Assembly (NCBI GenBank): GCA_943704425.1 | Contig: CALSCP010000716.1 | Span: forward strand, 1-39,728 | Reading direction: 5' to 3' | Source of the DNA: Ministeria vibrans ATCC 50519 | Lineage: Eukaryota; Protista; Filasterea | Length of the DNA stretch: 39,728 nucleotides | Part shown: positions 1 through 11,090 of the stretch, in pieces | Numbering within the stretch: position 1 is the first letter of the stretch | Layout of the letters: each line of letters starts with the position of its first letter | The notes under the pieces: model-generated | Told to the model about the DNA's origin: nothing | The model's database searches: none | What the model saw: only the letters and a program-made list of their open reading frames with translations | Translations under genes and position numbers: made by a program

Positions 1-123
1 AGCAACAAACTCAGACTCTATCTGCCGCAACAGAAAATCTTCGTTTGGCCCACATCTCATACCACGTCACCATGTCTTTCACAACATTTGACGCCATCTT
101 CTTCAGACGAACACGCTCACTCA

Positions 124-177
124 CCCTAACCCTAGCCCTAGCCCTAGCCCTAGCCCTAGCCCTAGCCCTAGCCCTAA
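124..177. repeat. Interstitial telomere-like hexamer array CCCTAA-(CCCTAG)7-CCCTAA
   Basis: Nine hexamer units read directly. The flanking units are canonical CCCTAA (TTAGGG on the minus strand). Confidence 0.9.
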
Positions 178-336
178 CACCACACACACTCAACTGTACA
201 ACCCATACACGTACTGTTCGGCTTTGTGTCATCGCAGAAGGCGGCACACTGAGAACTTAATGCAGTGAGCACTGAGTAGGAGATTAGCTGACCTCTCATT
301 CGCCGAGATCACTTCAATTCACTGCACTCGCCCGCC

Positions 337-1135
337 ATGAACAACGTCTGCCAACTCACTCCAGTCACCAATGGAGGACGCCTGAGAGCCACTTCTGTCG
401 ACAGACGTGTTCTTTTGCAAACCAGAATCGAGACGGACGCGTCTCTGCTGACTTTGCGGCGTCGCGCGTGGCTTGGGTCCACGCTCAAGTGCTTTGCTTG
501 GATGAAGCTCGTGTCGCAGACTGTCCCTGGACTGCGCAGCAAGTTGATCTGTGGCGCCCGCGTCTACAGCGCCCGACACTTTGGGTTGTTTGAGGAGGAT
601 CAGCCAGTGTTCCTCTTCTGTGTCGACGTAGTCGGCGATGTCGTGTTTCCTGCGTCGTTTAGGGCTGTGGTTGTGAATGCGGTGGATAGTATGGGGCTTG
701 TGGTGGCTGCCCGGGCGCGCGTGGTGGGTTACGGTTCTTTTACTGTTCGTCACCCAAAAGAACAGATGCTACGGGCTCCTCTTGTTCTCTGCATGAGAAG
801 CGACACGTTCTGCGACGTTACCGACTCTGGACGACACATCAGGTAGGTGGATCAGCGTGTCGTCGCGGTAGCCCTTCTCTTCCAGCATCTGCAGCACACG
901 TCCCACGCTGGCGTCGCTCGTTCAGACACTCGTAGAAGTCCAGTTGGGCGTCCGAGTAGTTACCGGCCTGGCAGGTGCGCCCACTGCGGCAGTCGTCGCG
1001 CCCCTGCTCCGTCCCAATGTACGGAATGGGGCAGTTGTGATACGACAGCTGCGCAGCAAACGGCTTGCCCTGGGGCGTGTTGAGAAACTTCTCAAACGAA
1101 TTGGTCACGTACTGACTGTCGTCCTGGCCAACTGA
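337..1135 (+). CDS. Hypothetical protein, probably spliced; 5' end uncertain
   Basis: ORF 337-846 joins ORF 944-1135 in frame through a 43-nt GT-AG intron at 843-885 (cag|gtaggt...ttccag|c). No recognisable domain. Confidence 0.4.
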
Positions 1136-1213
1136 GCAAAGGAGAAGGAGAAGGAAAAGAAGAAAATATCGCTTCGGAGAAACACAGACAGAAAGAATTT
1201 TGGTTACAATGAT

Positions 1214-4200
1214 TTACTCTTCCTCCTCATTTACATTTCCCTCACTGGTACTCGTCTCCAGCTCGCCCACCACCACCGCCTCCTCATCCTCTTTATAACT
1301 CTTCGCCCACGTAGCCTCCTTCCGCTGCACCATCGCCACCATCACATCTTCTAAGGCTGTGGCCACGCCAGGGTCACGCTGTCGGTACTTGCCCCACAGA
1401 GCACAGACACGAGCGTACTCGTTGGAGGGCACGACGATTCGACCGCTTGTTACGCCATCCGAAAAGGTAAGCATGTAACTCACACAGACATCCAAGCGAC
1501 GCGCCCTCAACACAACCTCCTCCAACTCGCAAAGCTTAACGTCTACGGGTAATGTGGAGTCATCATCAGGGCTCCAAGCCCACACAGCAGCGAGCTTCCC
1601 AGTCAACAAATCAGCAAAAAAGAGGAGCAAGCCAAAAAAAACACAATCACCAAACAATACGAGTGGTGAGAAAGCCGTTACCACTGAAACGACCATAGCC
1701 GCCACACTGACAACGAAGCCTGCGACCGCAGCGCGTCCTCTCGGATGAAACGCAAGCAGGGTGAGAGTGTCACATGGACAGCCCTCCAGGAACGAATCGT
1801 CAAGTGTGAGGGGCATGCGTCTTTGCATCCAGCGCGTCAAAGAGATTGATAGCCCCGCACTGAAAACAATTGTCACAAGACCACATAAAAAAAGACCTAA
1901 GCTTTCGTAGAAAAGCGCCACAGAGCAGAATAGCAAGAAGACAATCGGAAAGACAAGCAACGCCATGGCCTTAACAAAGAAAGCGCCGAAATCATCGAGA
2001 CCAACTGCACGACCACGCGTCGACGTCGGCACCAGCATGGGACGGCGCGCGCTACGGCGGCACAACCAACTCACGAGCGGTGCCATATGAAGAAAGCTCA
2101 GCATCCAGATGACCCACCCGCTCTGACACCAGCGCCAGCGACTCTTCACAAACCCGCGCATAGTCTCTCCATACACATTCACGCTGAGGGACCAAGACAA
2201 CGCAGCACCCACAAGCCAAATCATGTTCGGGAACAAGAAGGAGATTGTCCCGAATGATTGGCGGAACAAACGGGTTACTCGCCTCTGAGAGATGTTTACA
2301 TTCAGCAGTGAGATGTTTCCCGACTCACAGCACGACACACGGGTATACGTTCGAGAAGGAGTAGGTGTATGCGCCGGCCGGAGAGGGAGATACCAATGCA
2401 TTCCTCCGTGCGCTCCACTCCGTCTGTCAGTACAGGGCGAAAAATACGTGATTTGCACCTCACCAGGCCTGGAAGTGTGCTCACCCAAGTCTTCTTGCTG
2501 GGAATAGAGTCTGTAATTCGGGTAGGTTGAAATATTTGTCCAGAAAAAAGCCAAGAGGACGGAACCCACACCAAAAAAGACAATGACCAAAGCCAAATGA
2601 CAGTAGGTGCGCATTGAATAAGCACTTTGATGGCCAAAATATGCAAACCCGGCGAACAAAAACACGAAAAAGCCAGAAAACATGTAAAAACCAAATACAC
2701 AATCGTGCTGTTGGCAATGCACAACAGTTTGCCAAATCCAGCACAAAAAAAACACAAAAGGAAGAATGCTAAGAAAGTTAAACACGGGCCAAGATAACGA
2801 CAGAATCACGTCAACACCATGCCAGAGTGCATCTGTCTCATGATGTCCACTCATTATGAGCGCGCTACGCAGCCTCACAAGCCCATCTGGAGGTGAAGGC
2901 TCGTAATCAGGTCGGTTAAATCGTTCGCGATATGGGAGATTAAAATTTTTCCTTCTCACGTTAATGAAGTTCGAAATGTGCTCCACTGTCACATCGCCAG
3001 CGTAAAAGGAGAGGGCCGACTCGATTTCAGGATCGCCGGCTAGTCGCAATTCACACGTCTTTTTCGCTGCAATACTACGGAGGTACGCACTCTCGCCCCC
3101 GAGAGCACAGATGAGAACCTCGTTGCGCTGCATGAGTGGGTAGGCACCAGCGCCCAATATCAGCGTACGAAACGATTCCACGTCGCTCCACTGTTCCACC
3201 AGTTCCAAAGCTTGCTTCAACAGTATTTCGCCAAAATCGCGTCGGTCTGGTGAAAGGTGGCCACCGAGCCCGCGAGAAAATACGACAAGCATGTGCTTGA
3301 ACACATATCGTTGCCTCCAAGCATCATTCGCCTCGAGATTGTTTTGATTGGCCTGATCAGTCTCGTCCTCCAAGTCGTCTCGCGTGTTGACTTTCATTGG
3401 AAGGGAGTAGGGCTCACACGAGAGTCTCTGTGTATGCTTCACATCCGCCCAAAAGTCCCATCGCCTTGCTCGGTCACGTTCCTTAGACGGGTTGAGAAAC
3501 AACAGACACTCTGCAAGGCGCTCGTCCACGGGCATGAGGTGACGATCATGATCATTGTCCACAACGGTAGTACTCGAGCGCACCAGCAAAAGCTCCGTGG
3601 CGAGAGTGCACAGCCGCTCGACCACAGCGGGCCGGCCAAGTTGGAACAGTTGGACAAGGACTTCGACCCACACGTCACTGTCACGCAGAGCGAGACGCAT
3701 CTCATCGTCAGTTGGGCTCTCGGCAATGTACAGGGCAGCGAGATACTCACACACACTGCGGTGCACTACGCGTACACTGCCCGACCACCCATCGACAAGA
3801 ATATTTGCTCGCACGAGAGAGTCAATGACAGGGGCGAATTCTATGGAATGACTCACGTCGGGGACACCCAGATCTACCAGAGCTGCTTTGAGATCGACTC
3901 GGTCCATGCTGCGCTGACCATCACGGATGAGGACAAACCCGACGGTGGTGATGAAGCGAAGCATATCATTGGGGGTAAGGAATGTGAGGCAGTCGGCATG
4001 AGCGCACGAAAGCAGGTCCTTCAGGTAGTCGTTAAGTAGGTCTGGAATGTCACGAGGCATGACCAAATTTGGATCAATTACCCGCTTCACCTTGTCAACG
4101 GTGCTATCAATGCGTCGCAATACGTAGTTTCCCACAAGTTGCACGAATCGCGGCGTGAACCTGGCATTTGGTAGATTATCCTCCATCACAAAGGTTACAA

Positions 4201-5696
4201 GGTTGGCGAGGTCTGTCTTTGGTAGATTGACGCGTCGCGCAAAAAACCATTCAAGTGTATCACGTAGAGACGTTGCCGACATTGGCACGAGTCGCATGCT
4301 CGTAGCAAGCGAGTGGGATTGATCAAGGGCGTTGCGGCAGGTGACAATGACGAAACGTTCGTATTCTCGTGTCCATTCGCGAAAGAGGCGCGCAAGCTCA
4401 TCGTGGGACTCGGGCTGCCGCAAGACGGCGTGAAGTTCGTCAAAGGCGTCGCAGAGAAACACAGCAGCATGCTCGTCGACACGTGTTTGCACGAGCTCGC
4501 GCACACTCGCGGAGAGTTCGGGACACTCGGCACAAATGTTGCGCACAAACTCATCGATCAGTTGCTGTTCCAGCTCGGCGGGCGTCGTGTTGGTGGTCAG
4601 CATGAGATTACCGAGTTCGACAAAGATGGGGAGAACCTGGTTGTCGTTGTAGTCACGGAGTTTGCGCGCGACGCTCAAGAGTGTCATCGTCTTTCCACTG
4701 CCAGACTCTCCAGAAAGCCATATGAGCGAGTCACTGTCCCTCGTCGTGACCTTCGACGCGAGTTCTTCGACAATGTTTTTGATATCGTGCTCATGACCAC
4801 CTACCATAGATGTGGCAGAAGTCGGCCAGGCATCGATGATGTTGTTGCCAGCAAATTCGCACTGACGGGCGACCTTGCCGAGCATGCTGTTCAGGCCAGT
4901 TTGGAGTTGCTCGCTGGGCGGTCGTGTGCTCGGCAGTGGGTGGCGGCGGTGCTGACCCATGCGAATGCTGCTCCCACGAACGTTACGAGCAGCGTCGGGC
5001 AGCTGAGCCGTCTCAAGCAGTTGGACGAGCACATTTGTGAGTGCATCAATGTCGAGTGGTCGTGCAGCGCCCGCAACAGACATATGAGCACTTTGATTGC
5101 GAAACTGTGAGCGAGCCGTTTTGGCGCTCTGCATGATGAGTGATGGGGTGTTGCGGAAATGCTGAAGAAAGCAGAGCATCACACTTGAGTCGGCGTCGGC
5201 GAATGAGGTGAGCGCAGCTTTCTGGCCAGTGACGAACACACGCAACACCTCGAAGCGATTGCGGCTCCATTGCGACGCATTGGTGTTGTTCGTGTCGATG
5301 GTGTGATTTACATGAGCGTTCTTGATTGCATTATACCACTGCTTGCACGTGTTGCAAGAGGGTGGGCGAGGTGCTGAGGAGAAAAGAAAAAGAAAGAAAA
5401 ATAATATCAACTCCACAGTGTGCCAGAAAAAAGAAAAAAGAAACCCCCGTCCCCGTACGGCCTTTCTTCTTGAGCGTCCCCGACGTGTGCTGTTTTTGAA
5501 CAAAGTGGACTTCCTCACACGTGCAGGGGGCATTGATGATGGCCCTTGTGCGCTCGTGGAAATCTTTTAAAAGATTGTCACAATAATCGACAAGCTCAAG
5601 GCAAGCCGAGTCAATCAAGTCGTTACACTCTTGGCGCGACATGTTGAGATTGTTGTCGTACGAGGTGATTGAGGTTGTACAAACAAGATTGATCAT
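1214..5696 (-). CDS. NACHT/STAND-family NTPase with a C-terminal multi-pass membrane domain (~1465 aa, 2 exons)
   Basis: Walker A SGESGSGKT, LPIFVEL strand, Walker B VFLCDAFDEL, sensor-1 FVIVTCR, winged-helix HRSVCEYLAA and WVEVL. About 9 hydrophobic segments lie in the C-terminal third. A phase-1 intron at 5374-5458 joins ORF 5331-5708 to the 1439-aa ORF. Start is ATG 5696 or 5642. Confidence 0.8.
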
Positions 5697-5717
5697 GATC
5701 GAATCCAACTAAGGAGT

Positions 5718-5860
5718 TATCCATCGAATTTCCATATAAATCCATGGTGGATTTCCATACCTGATCCATTCATAATGACATAATCCATCGTTTCAGCAAG
5801 CCCCTATCCATATGGAATTATGGATTGCGGTTTCCATCTTGGATTGCGGTTTCCATCCTG
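5718..5860. repeat. TCCAT-motif cluster including a tandem duplication of TGGATTGCGGTTTCCATC upstream of the NACHT gene
   Basis: Nine TCCAT copies in about 140 bp. The two tandem copies lie at about 5821-5857. Confidence 0.6.
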
Positions 5861-6124
5861 GGATGAAGAGATTGAACTCCAAGCGCAGTGTTCCGGTATC
5901 GAGGTGGACTTTGAAGATGCGTCATTGGGTAGTGTCCATTCCGGCGAGGAGACGGAAGAGAGTAGTGTGTGAGAGAAAGGAGAATAGAGTGAAAGAGAGA
6001 AAGTAAAAGAGAAAAGAGAGGGAGAGAGGTTTATCAAACCAGGGAAGTTAACACAGAGTTCATTCACGTAGCGGGCACAGGCAGCGCGATAGAGCACTGT
6101 GCAAGGGGCGGCGATATGACCCCT

Positions 6125-6295
6125 NNNNNNNNNNNNNNNNNNNNNNNNNNNNNNNNNNNNNNNNNNNNNNNNNNNNNNNNNNNNNNNNNNNNNNNNNNNN
6201 NNNNNNNNNNNNNNNNNNNNNNNNNNNNNNNNNNNNNNNNNNNNNNNNNNNNNNNNNNNNNNNNNNNNNNNNNNNNNNNNNNNNNNNNNNNNNNN
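6125..6295. other. Assembly gap (N run)
   Basis: N bases. Confidence 1.
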
Positions 6296-6297
6296 CT

Positions 6298-6630
6298 GGC
6301 TCTGCACAACGCTACTTCGGTCTTTCGTCCATTCAACCTGTCCAAAATGACTTCCACATTAAGCTCACGGCGACCGCCACGGGACTGACCGACCTGGCAG
6401 CTTCTATTGGACTACTCTTTAGCGACGGCGCCATCGCGGGCGCAGCCGTCTCTCTTCCGGCAACATCTGACGGCGCGGACGTTTGTGCGATGTATTACGA
6501 CATGTCGGGCGACTATGTCGACGACAAAGTGATTCGTGCGGGCGTCATGGTGCCCTATGGATCTTCATTCAGCGTTGACGGCGGCAAATGCTACGTCGTC
6601 TACAGTTCTTGTCAATCTGACACGATCTGA
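6298..6630 (+). CDS. 3' part of a gene (5' end in the gap) encoding a paralogue of the N-terminal domain of the neighbouring adhesion GPCR
   Basis: Hand translation: GSAQRYFGLSSIQPVQNDFHIKLTATATGLTDLAASIGLLFSDGAIAGAAVSLPATSDGADVCAMYYDMSGDYVDDKVIRAGVMVPYGSSFSVDGGKCYVVYSSCQSDTI*. It aligns colinearly with GPCR residues QHHFGES...LQCQ. This frame is not in the supplied ORF track. Confidence 0.75.
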   Translation, partial: GSAQRYFGLSSIQPVQNDFHIKLTATATGLTDLAASIGLLFSDGAIAGAAVSLPATSDGADVCAMYYDMSGDYVDDKVIRAGVMVPYGSSFSVDGGKCYVVYSSCQSDTI

Positions 6631-6915
6631 GTCGGACCGTCAGAAATATGGACGTTGCGTTATTATTATTGTTATGCAGCGCGTCGTATCGAATGAGTAT
6701 ATAAATACAATGCGATTGATTATTATTATTAGAAACTTAATGCTAACACCACGATTGTTATAAAATATTACTCAATAAACTCATGGACAAGGATTAAAGA
6801 AGAGAAAGAAGATAGAGAAAACTGTGGAAGTTAAGAATAATAATAATAATAATAATTATTATTATTATTATTATTCTTATTATTATTATTCTTATTATAT
6901 TAATTATGTTTGTTT

Positions 6916-7585
6916 TTACAGTCTAGTCTCTTGATCGGACTCGAGAATGGAAAGCGTTTGTTCGGAGAGTCGTCGTACAGAAACGTCAAGTCTCGCGAGA
7001 CCCGATGGTAACTTGCCCGTGTCCATTATTTCATCCACATCCAATGAGGGTGGCACATCGTTGAGGAATACGTCATGATGCTCCTCGTGTAGATTGTCCA
7101 GGTTGGATACAGCTTCCTCAAGTGAAAACGAGACTCGTGTCGATCCTGCCGTGCGCACCGACGGTTTGCTTGCCGTGTTGGTTGAGCCTGAGCTCATGGT
7201 ACGAGCGCCCGATGACTTGCTCCCCACTTTCTTGTGGTTATGTCGCTTATTGAAACCGCATCCCAACCGTTCAAGCCAGGCAACGTAGACAGTCTTCTTG
7301 CAGCAGAAGACGACGAAGAGCAGTGCTCCTTGTGACGCATTAAACACCACAAAGGGATACCAAAAGCCAAAGAGACCCGACGCCAGTGCCGCAAATCCAA
7401 ATGACCAAGTTAATCCCAAAGTAACGAAGAACGCCACAATGTAGACAAACATTCTTTTCTTGTCCTACGCAAAAACGGTACTATTATTAATACTATTATT
7501 ACTGTAATAATAATAATAATAATTGTTAGTATTATTATTATTATTATTATTATTCTGATTATTATTATTATTATTATTAATTATT

Positions 7586-7665
<80 letters not shown>

Positions 7666-10634
7666 CATAATTATTATTATTATTATTATAATAAAATAAT
7701 ATTATAATAATAATAAAATAATATTATAATAATAAATAATTATTATTACTATTGTTTTAATACTTTTGAAGTGGTCGCCTTGAGACTCGAACGAGATTGT
7801 GCGGCTGTGCGAAGCGATCGGATGGTCAAGACAAAGATGCAAATATTAAGGGTGAGCAGCAGGGCGACGGGAATGACAAAGAATCCAATGAGACCGCCAC
7901 GTGAGTCGAACCAGCAACGCGAGTCGGAACCAAGCTGCAGAGCTCGATTGGAGATGGAATCAACAATGACGGCGACCAGGGCTACGGTCAGGGGCACAAG
8001 CCAGGCAAAAGCAAAGTAGGAGCGGGTGCGACTGACATTGACCATTTGGACGCGCACGAGTAGTTTGTAGAGCTGATGAGAGAAGCAGAGCGTCCAGCAG
8101 AACTGGGCGAGAAGGAAAAAGTAGAGAAAAAAGGCACTGGTGCGACAGGCCGAAGTGTTGCCGGTGCGGTCAAGACCCACCAAGAAGACCAAATTGGTGA
8201 AGAAGATGGCCACACACAGATTCATGATGATGATCATTTGTGGCGTTCGGAGAGCCTTGAGGACAGTATAGGTGAGGAGCAATAGAGCTGCGCCCACCAT
8301 GGACAAGATGCTTCCAACATAAGAGAACACCACCAGTAGCGTCTGGCTTGTATCTGTGACAAAACGAGCGTCGAGGAGCACGGCAAAGTTGGTGAGATGG
8401 GTGCACTTGCACAGGCTCAGGGTGGTGCTGCTCTCGTTGGCGACGAGTGCACAACCGTCGTCGACCCAACTCTCGGTTAAGTGGCTCCACGATACGCACT
8501 GAGTTATGGTGCCGTCGGAAAGCTCCTCGTGGTGTGGCAAGCGGACAAGAACGGTGGCATTTTGTACGAGCTCAACTGACTGTGGCGAGGTTTGGACCCC
8601 AAAAGAGATGACGGCTGAATTGACACGCTGCTCGTTGGGGCTGGTCGAGAAGAAGGCAGAGCGCTCGTAGACAACAAAATGTGCTCGGTAGCAGGTGGAG
8701 CCGTTGAAACCAGGGGCACCGGCTGCAAGGAGGCTTGCACCAAACTCGCTTGGCACCAAAATAGACGTGTCAGATGTGTCCATGTCCGAGCGCGAATAAA
8801 GCCCACCCTTGCTGGCACCGGGTCCCAGCTCCAAGCCCGACTGGACAAATAGAGTCTGGGTGGCTGCCGATGCCGGCGGGTCACCACAGGTGTGAGTGCG
8901 CGACAGCGAATAGGAGAAAGTTTCGACAAGATCGCTCAGCGTGGACGTTGGAATGACGCCTGCTGCGTGCAGCCTAGCGAGGCTCTCGTCGCTCCAAATG
9001 TTCTCCAGTGAGCTCAAAATGAAAGCTTGTACACTGGTGTTGAGAGAAGTCGAAGTGTCCACGTAGTCAATGAGTAGCGACAAGACATCCATGATGGTGG
9101 TCGCGGCGTACGTGCTGTCCTCAACCTCAAGCCAAGCGTTGCTCCGCGTGGCATTGACCAGTGTGGCCCCCAAGTGCTGGGCGGTCGCCTCGCTGACCCT
9201 GGTCGTGGTAGTGTTGCTTATTGTGCTGCTGCTCAAGAGATCTTGAAGGGTTTGAACAAGACACACTGCCGACTGAGCTGGGGCGTTCTCGAGCACGCTG
9301 AGCAACGAAGTGGGAACCCCTGCGAACGTCGTGAGAGTGTGCTCCTGGCATAATTGAGTATTGTCCACAATGGAAATGGCACCGGTCACACCACCGGCAG
9401 ATGTAGTGCTGGCGAGTCGTTCGGCAAGCACATCAATGTTGCGCAGCGCCTGATTTGACGTTATTTTGAGATTGCCTGTGACCGTTTCAAAGAACGCGAA
9501 CGATTCCGGTGCAAGGCTGCGCAGTGCGCTGTTGGCGGCAAAGGTGAGACCTCCAACATTTTTCAAGACTGGTACATGGATCTGGGAGAGTCTGGCGTTG
9601 TCTTGGAACGAGACGGTGCCGAACACTTCCACAAGGCTGAGCATTCGAATGCTCTGCAATTGTGCATTGTCCGCGACCAAAAAGTCCCCATAGATGACAC
9701 TGAGCAGGGGTAGGGAGACGCTGATAAGCACAGGGTCTGTGATGGTGATCATAAGCGAGCCCATGAGGGAAGTACATGAGCGCAGCGACTGTATCTGAGC
9801 GACAGAAGTCAGTGTGATGTACGTGCCGCTGAGGCCGCACGACGTTGATATGGTAGTCTGGCAGAGTTCGCCTGTGGTTCCTGCCGAGCACACACACGCG
9901 TACTCGCCGAGAATGTCGTTGTTGCTGACACATAAACCACGATTAAGACAGGGTTGCGAGACGCACGAGGACTGTGTTGCCGTGTTTATGTTCGTCGAGG
10001 TGTCCGACTGCAACACCAGCTGCGCGCAAGTGGTGCCCGAGAAAAGCGCTGTGCACTCGCAAAAAAAGTCGCTTCCTTGCACACGACACGTACCACTGTT
10101 GACGCACGGGGACGATTCACAAGGATCGGTCGCTTGTGAGCGACTGCAGGGTGCTGTTGAACACTGACACTGCAACGAAATGATGACACAGCTTCCGCCG
10201 CCCGTGAGGTTAAAGGAGCCTCCAAAAGGCACTATGATACCCTGAAGAAGGTCGGGAGGGTGAGTGACATTGCCCGCAGGGTTGTAGTAGAAGGCACATT
10301 CGTTGTTGGCGAAGCTTGTGTCGGGCAAAGTCACAGCGCCACCGGCAATTTCGGGGCTGCCCGTAAATTCCACGGCAACAGTCGAGGCGGCGCCGAAGGA
10401 GCCACCGGCAATGAGAGTCTCGCCTTGTACGTGAAAGTCGTTGTCAATTGGCGTTACAGTGCTCTCGCCAAAGTGGTGTTGCATCTGGCTGTGTGCGAGC
10501 GAATACGGCGACTGCGAGCGAGGTTCTGCTGCTCCAAAGCAGAGCAGTTCAAATTTGATTGTTTTACTTGCGCTTGTCACGAGCAGAAGCGACGTCATAG
10601 CGAGGACTTTGACCAAAGGACTGTGGGCCAACAT
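6916..10634 (-). CDS. Adhesion-class GPCR (signal peptide, unrecognised N-domain, 2 EGF, receptor-L-like repeats, GAIN/GPS, 7TM; ~1139 aa, 2 exons)
   Basis: EGF repeats CESSPCVNSGTC...CECTALFSGTTC and CVSQPCLNRGLC...CVCSAGTTGELC. GPS motif CVSW...WVDDGC...CKCTHL|TNFAVLL. TM3 LAQFCW, ECL2 CW, TM6 LGLTW, TM7 FNASQG. Phase-0 intron at 7465-7763. Confidence 0.92.
7465..7763 (-). repeat. (TAA/TTA)n microsatellite-filled intron of the aGPCR
   Basis: GT...AG ends on the minus strand; the interior is almost entirely AAT/ATT repeats. Confidence 0.85.
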
Positions 10635-11090
10635 GATGGAAATGATGACGTGGTTTCTCACGAATAAAAAAAACTCCTGGGTATTCGTTTCGGAAGATCA
10701 AAATGATTGTTAATATTACAATGAGTCGTCAAGATCTGCTAGATCGCAATACATTCTAACCCCCCTCAAACGCCTCAGCACGGCACGGCACACATCCTGC
10801 GGACCTGCGCTAACTGATGCATAGAGACGACATGGACCATGGTCTCTTGCATCTTTCTCGAATATTCTGAGCTGTTTGTGTTGTCGCTCGGTTGATAATA
10901 ATATACATGCAATTGAAAAATAATATCTTCTTTGAGTTATCCTTCAATCTTCACTAATTCATTTATTCCTACCCCCAGTTGTCAATGAAGAACATTGTAA
11001 GACATAGTTGCTCTCTTATCCATGTGACACGTTCGTCTTGTTGCTCTGCAAAAACACAATTCTTGTCGTGTGTCGCCTCCTGGATATGAA

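Noticed and set aside
337-1135. Faint resemblance to cellular RNA-dependent RNA polymerase segments (GLFEEDQ.VF, TVRHP)
   Set aside because: No DxDGD catalytic motif, and the similarity is too weak to support by eye.
3257-5110. Long + strand ORFs (260 and 265 aa)
   Set aside because: Antisense shadows of the NACHT CDS with no motifs of their own.
7465-7668. Poly-I/N/Y/L ORFs here and at 15991-16384, 24700-25240 and 38355-38552
   Set aside because: Translations of intronic or intergenic (TAA)n microsatellites.
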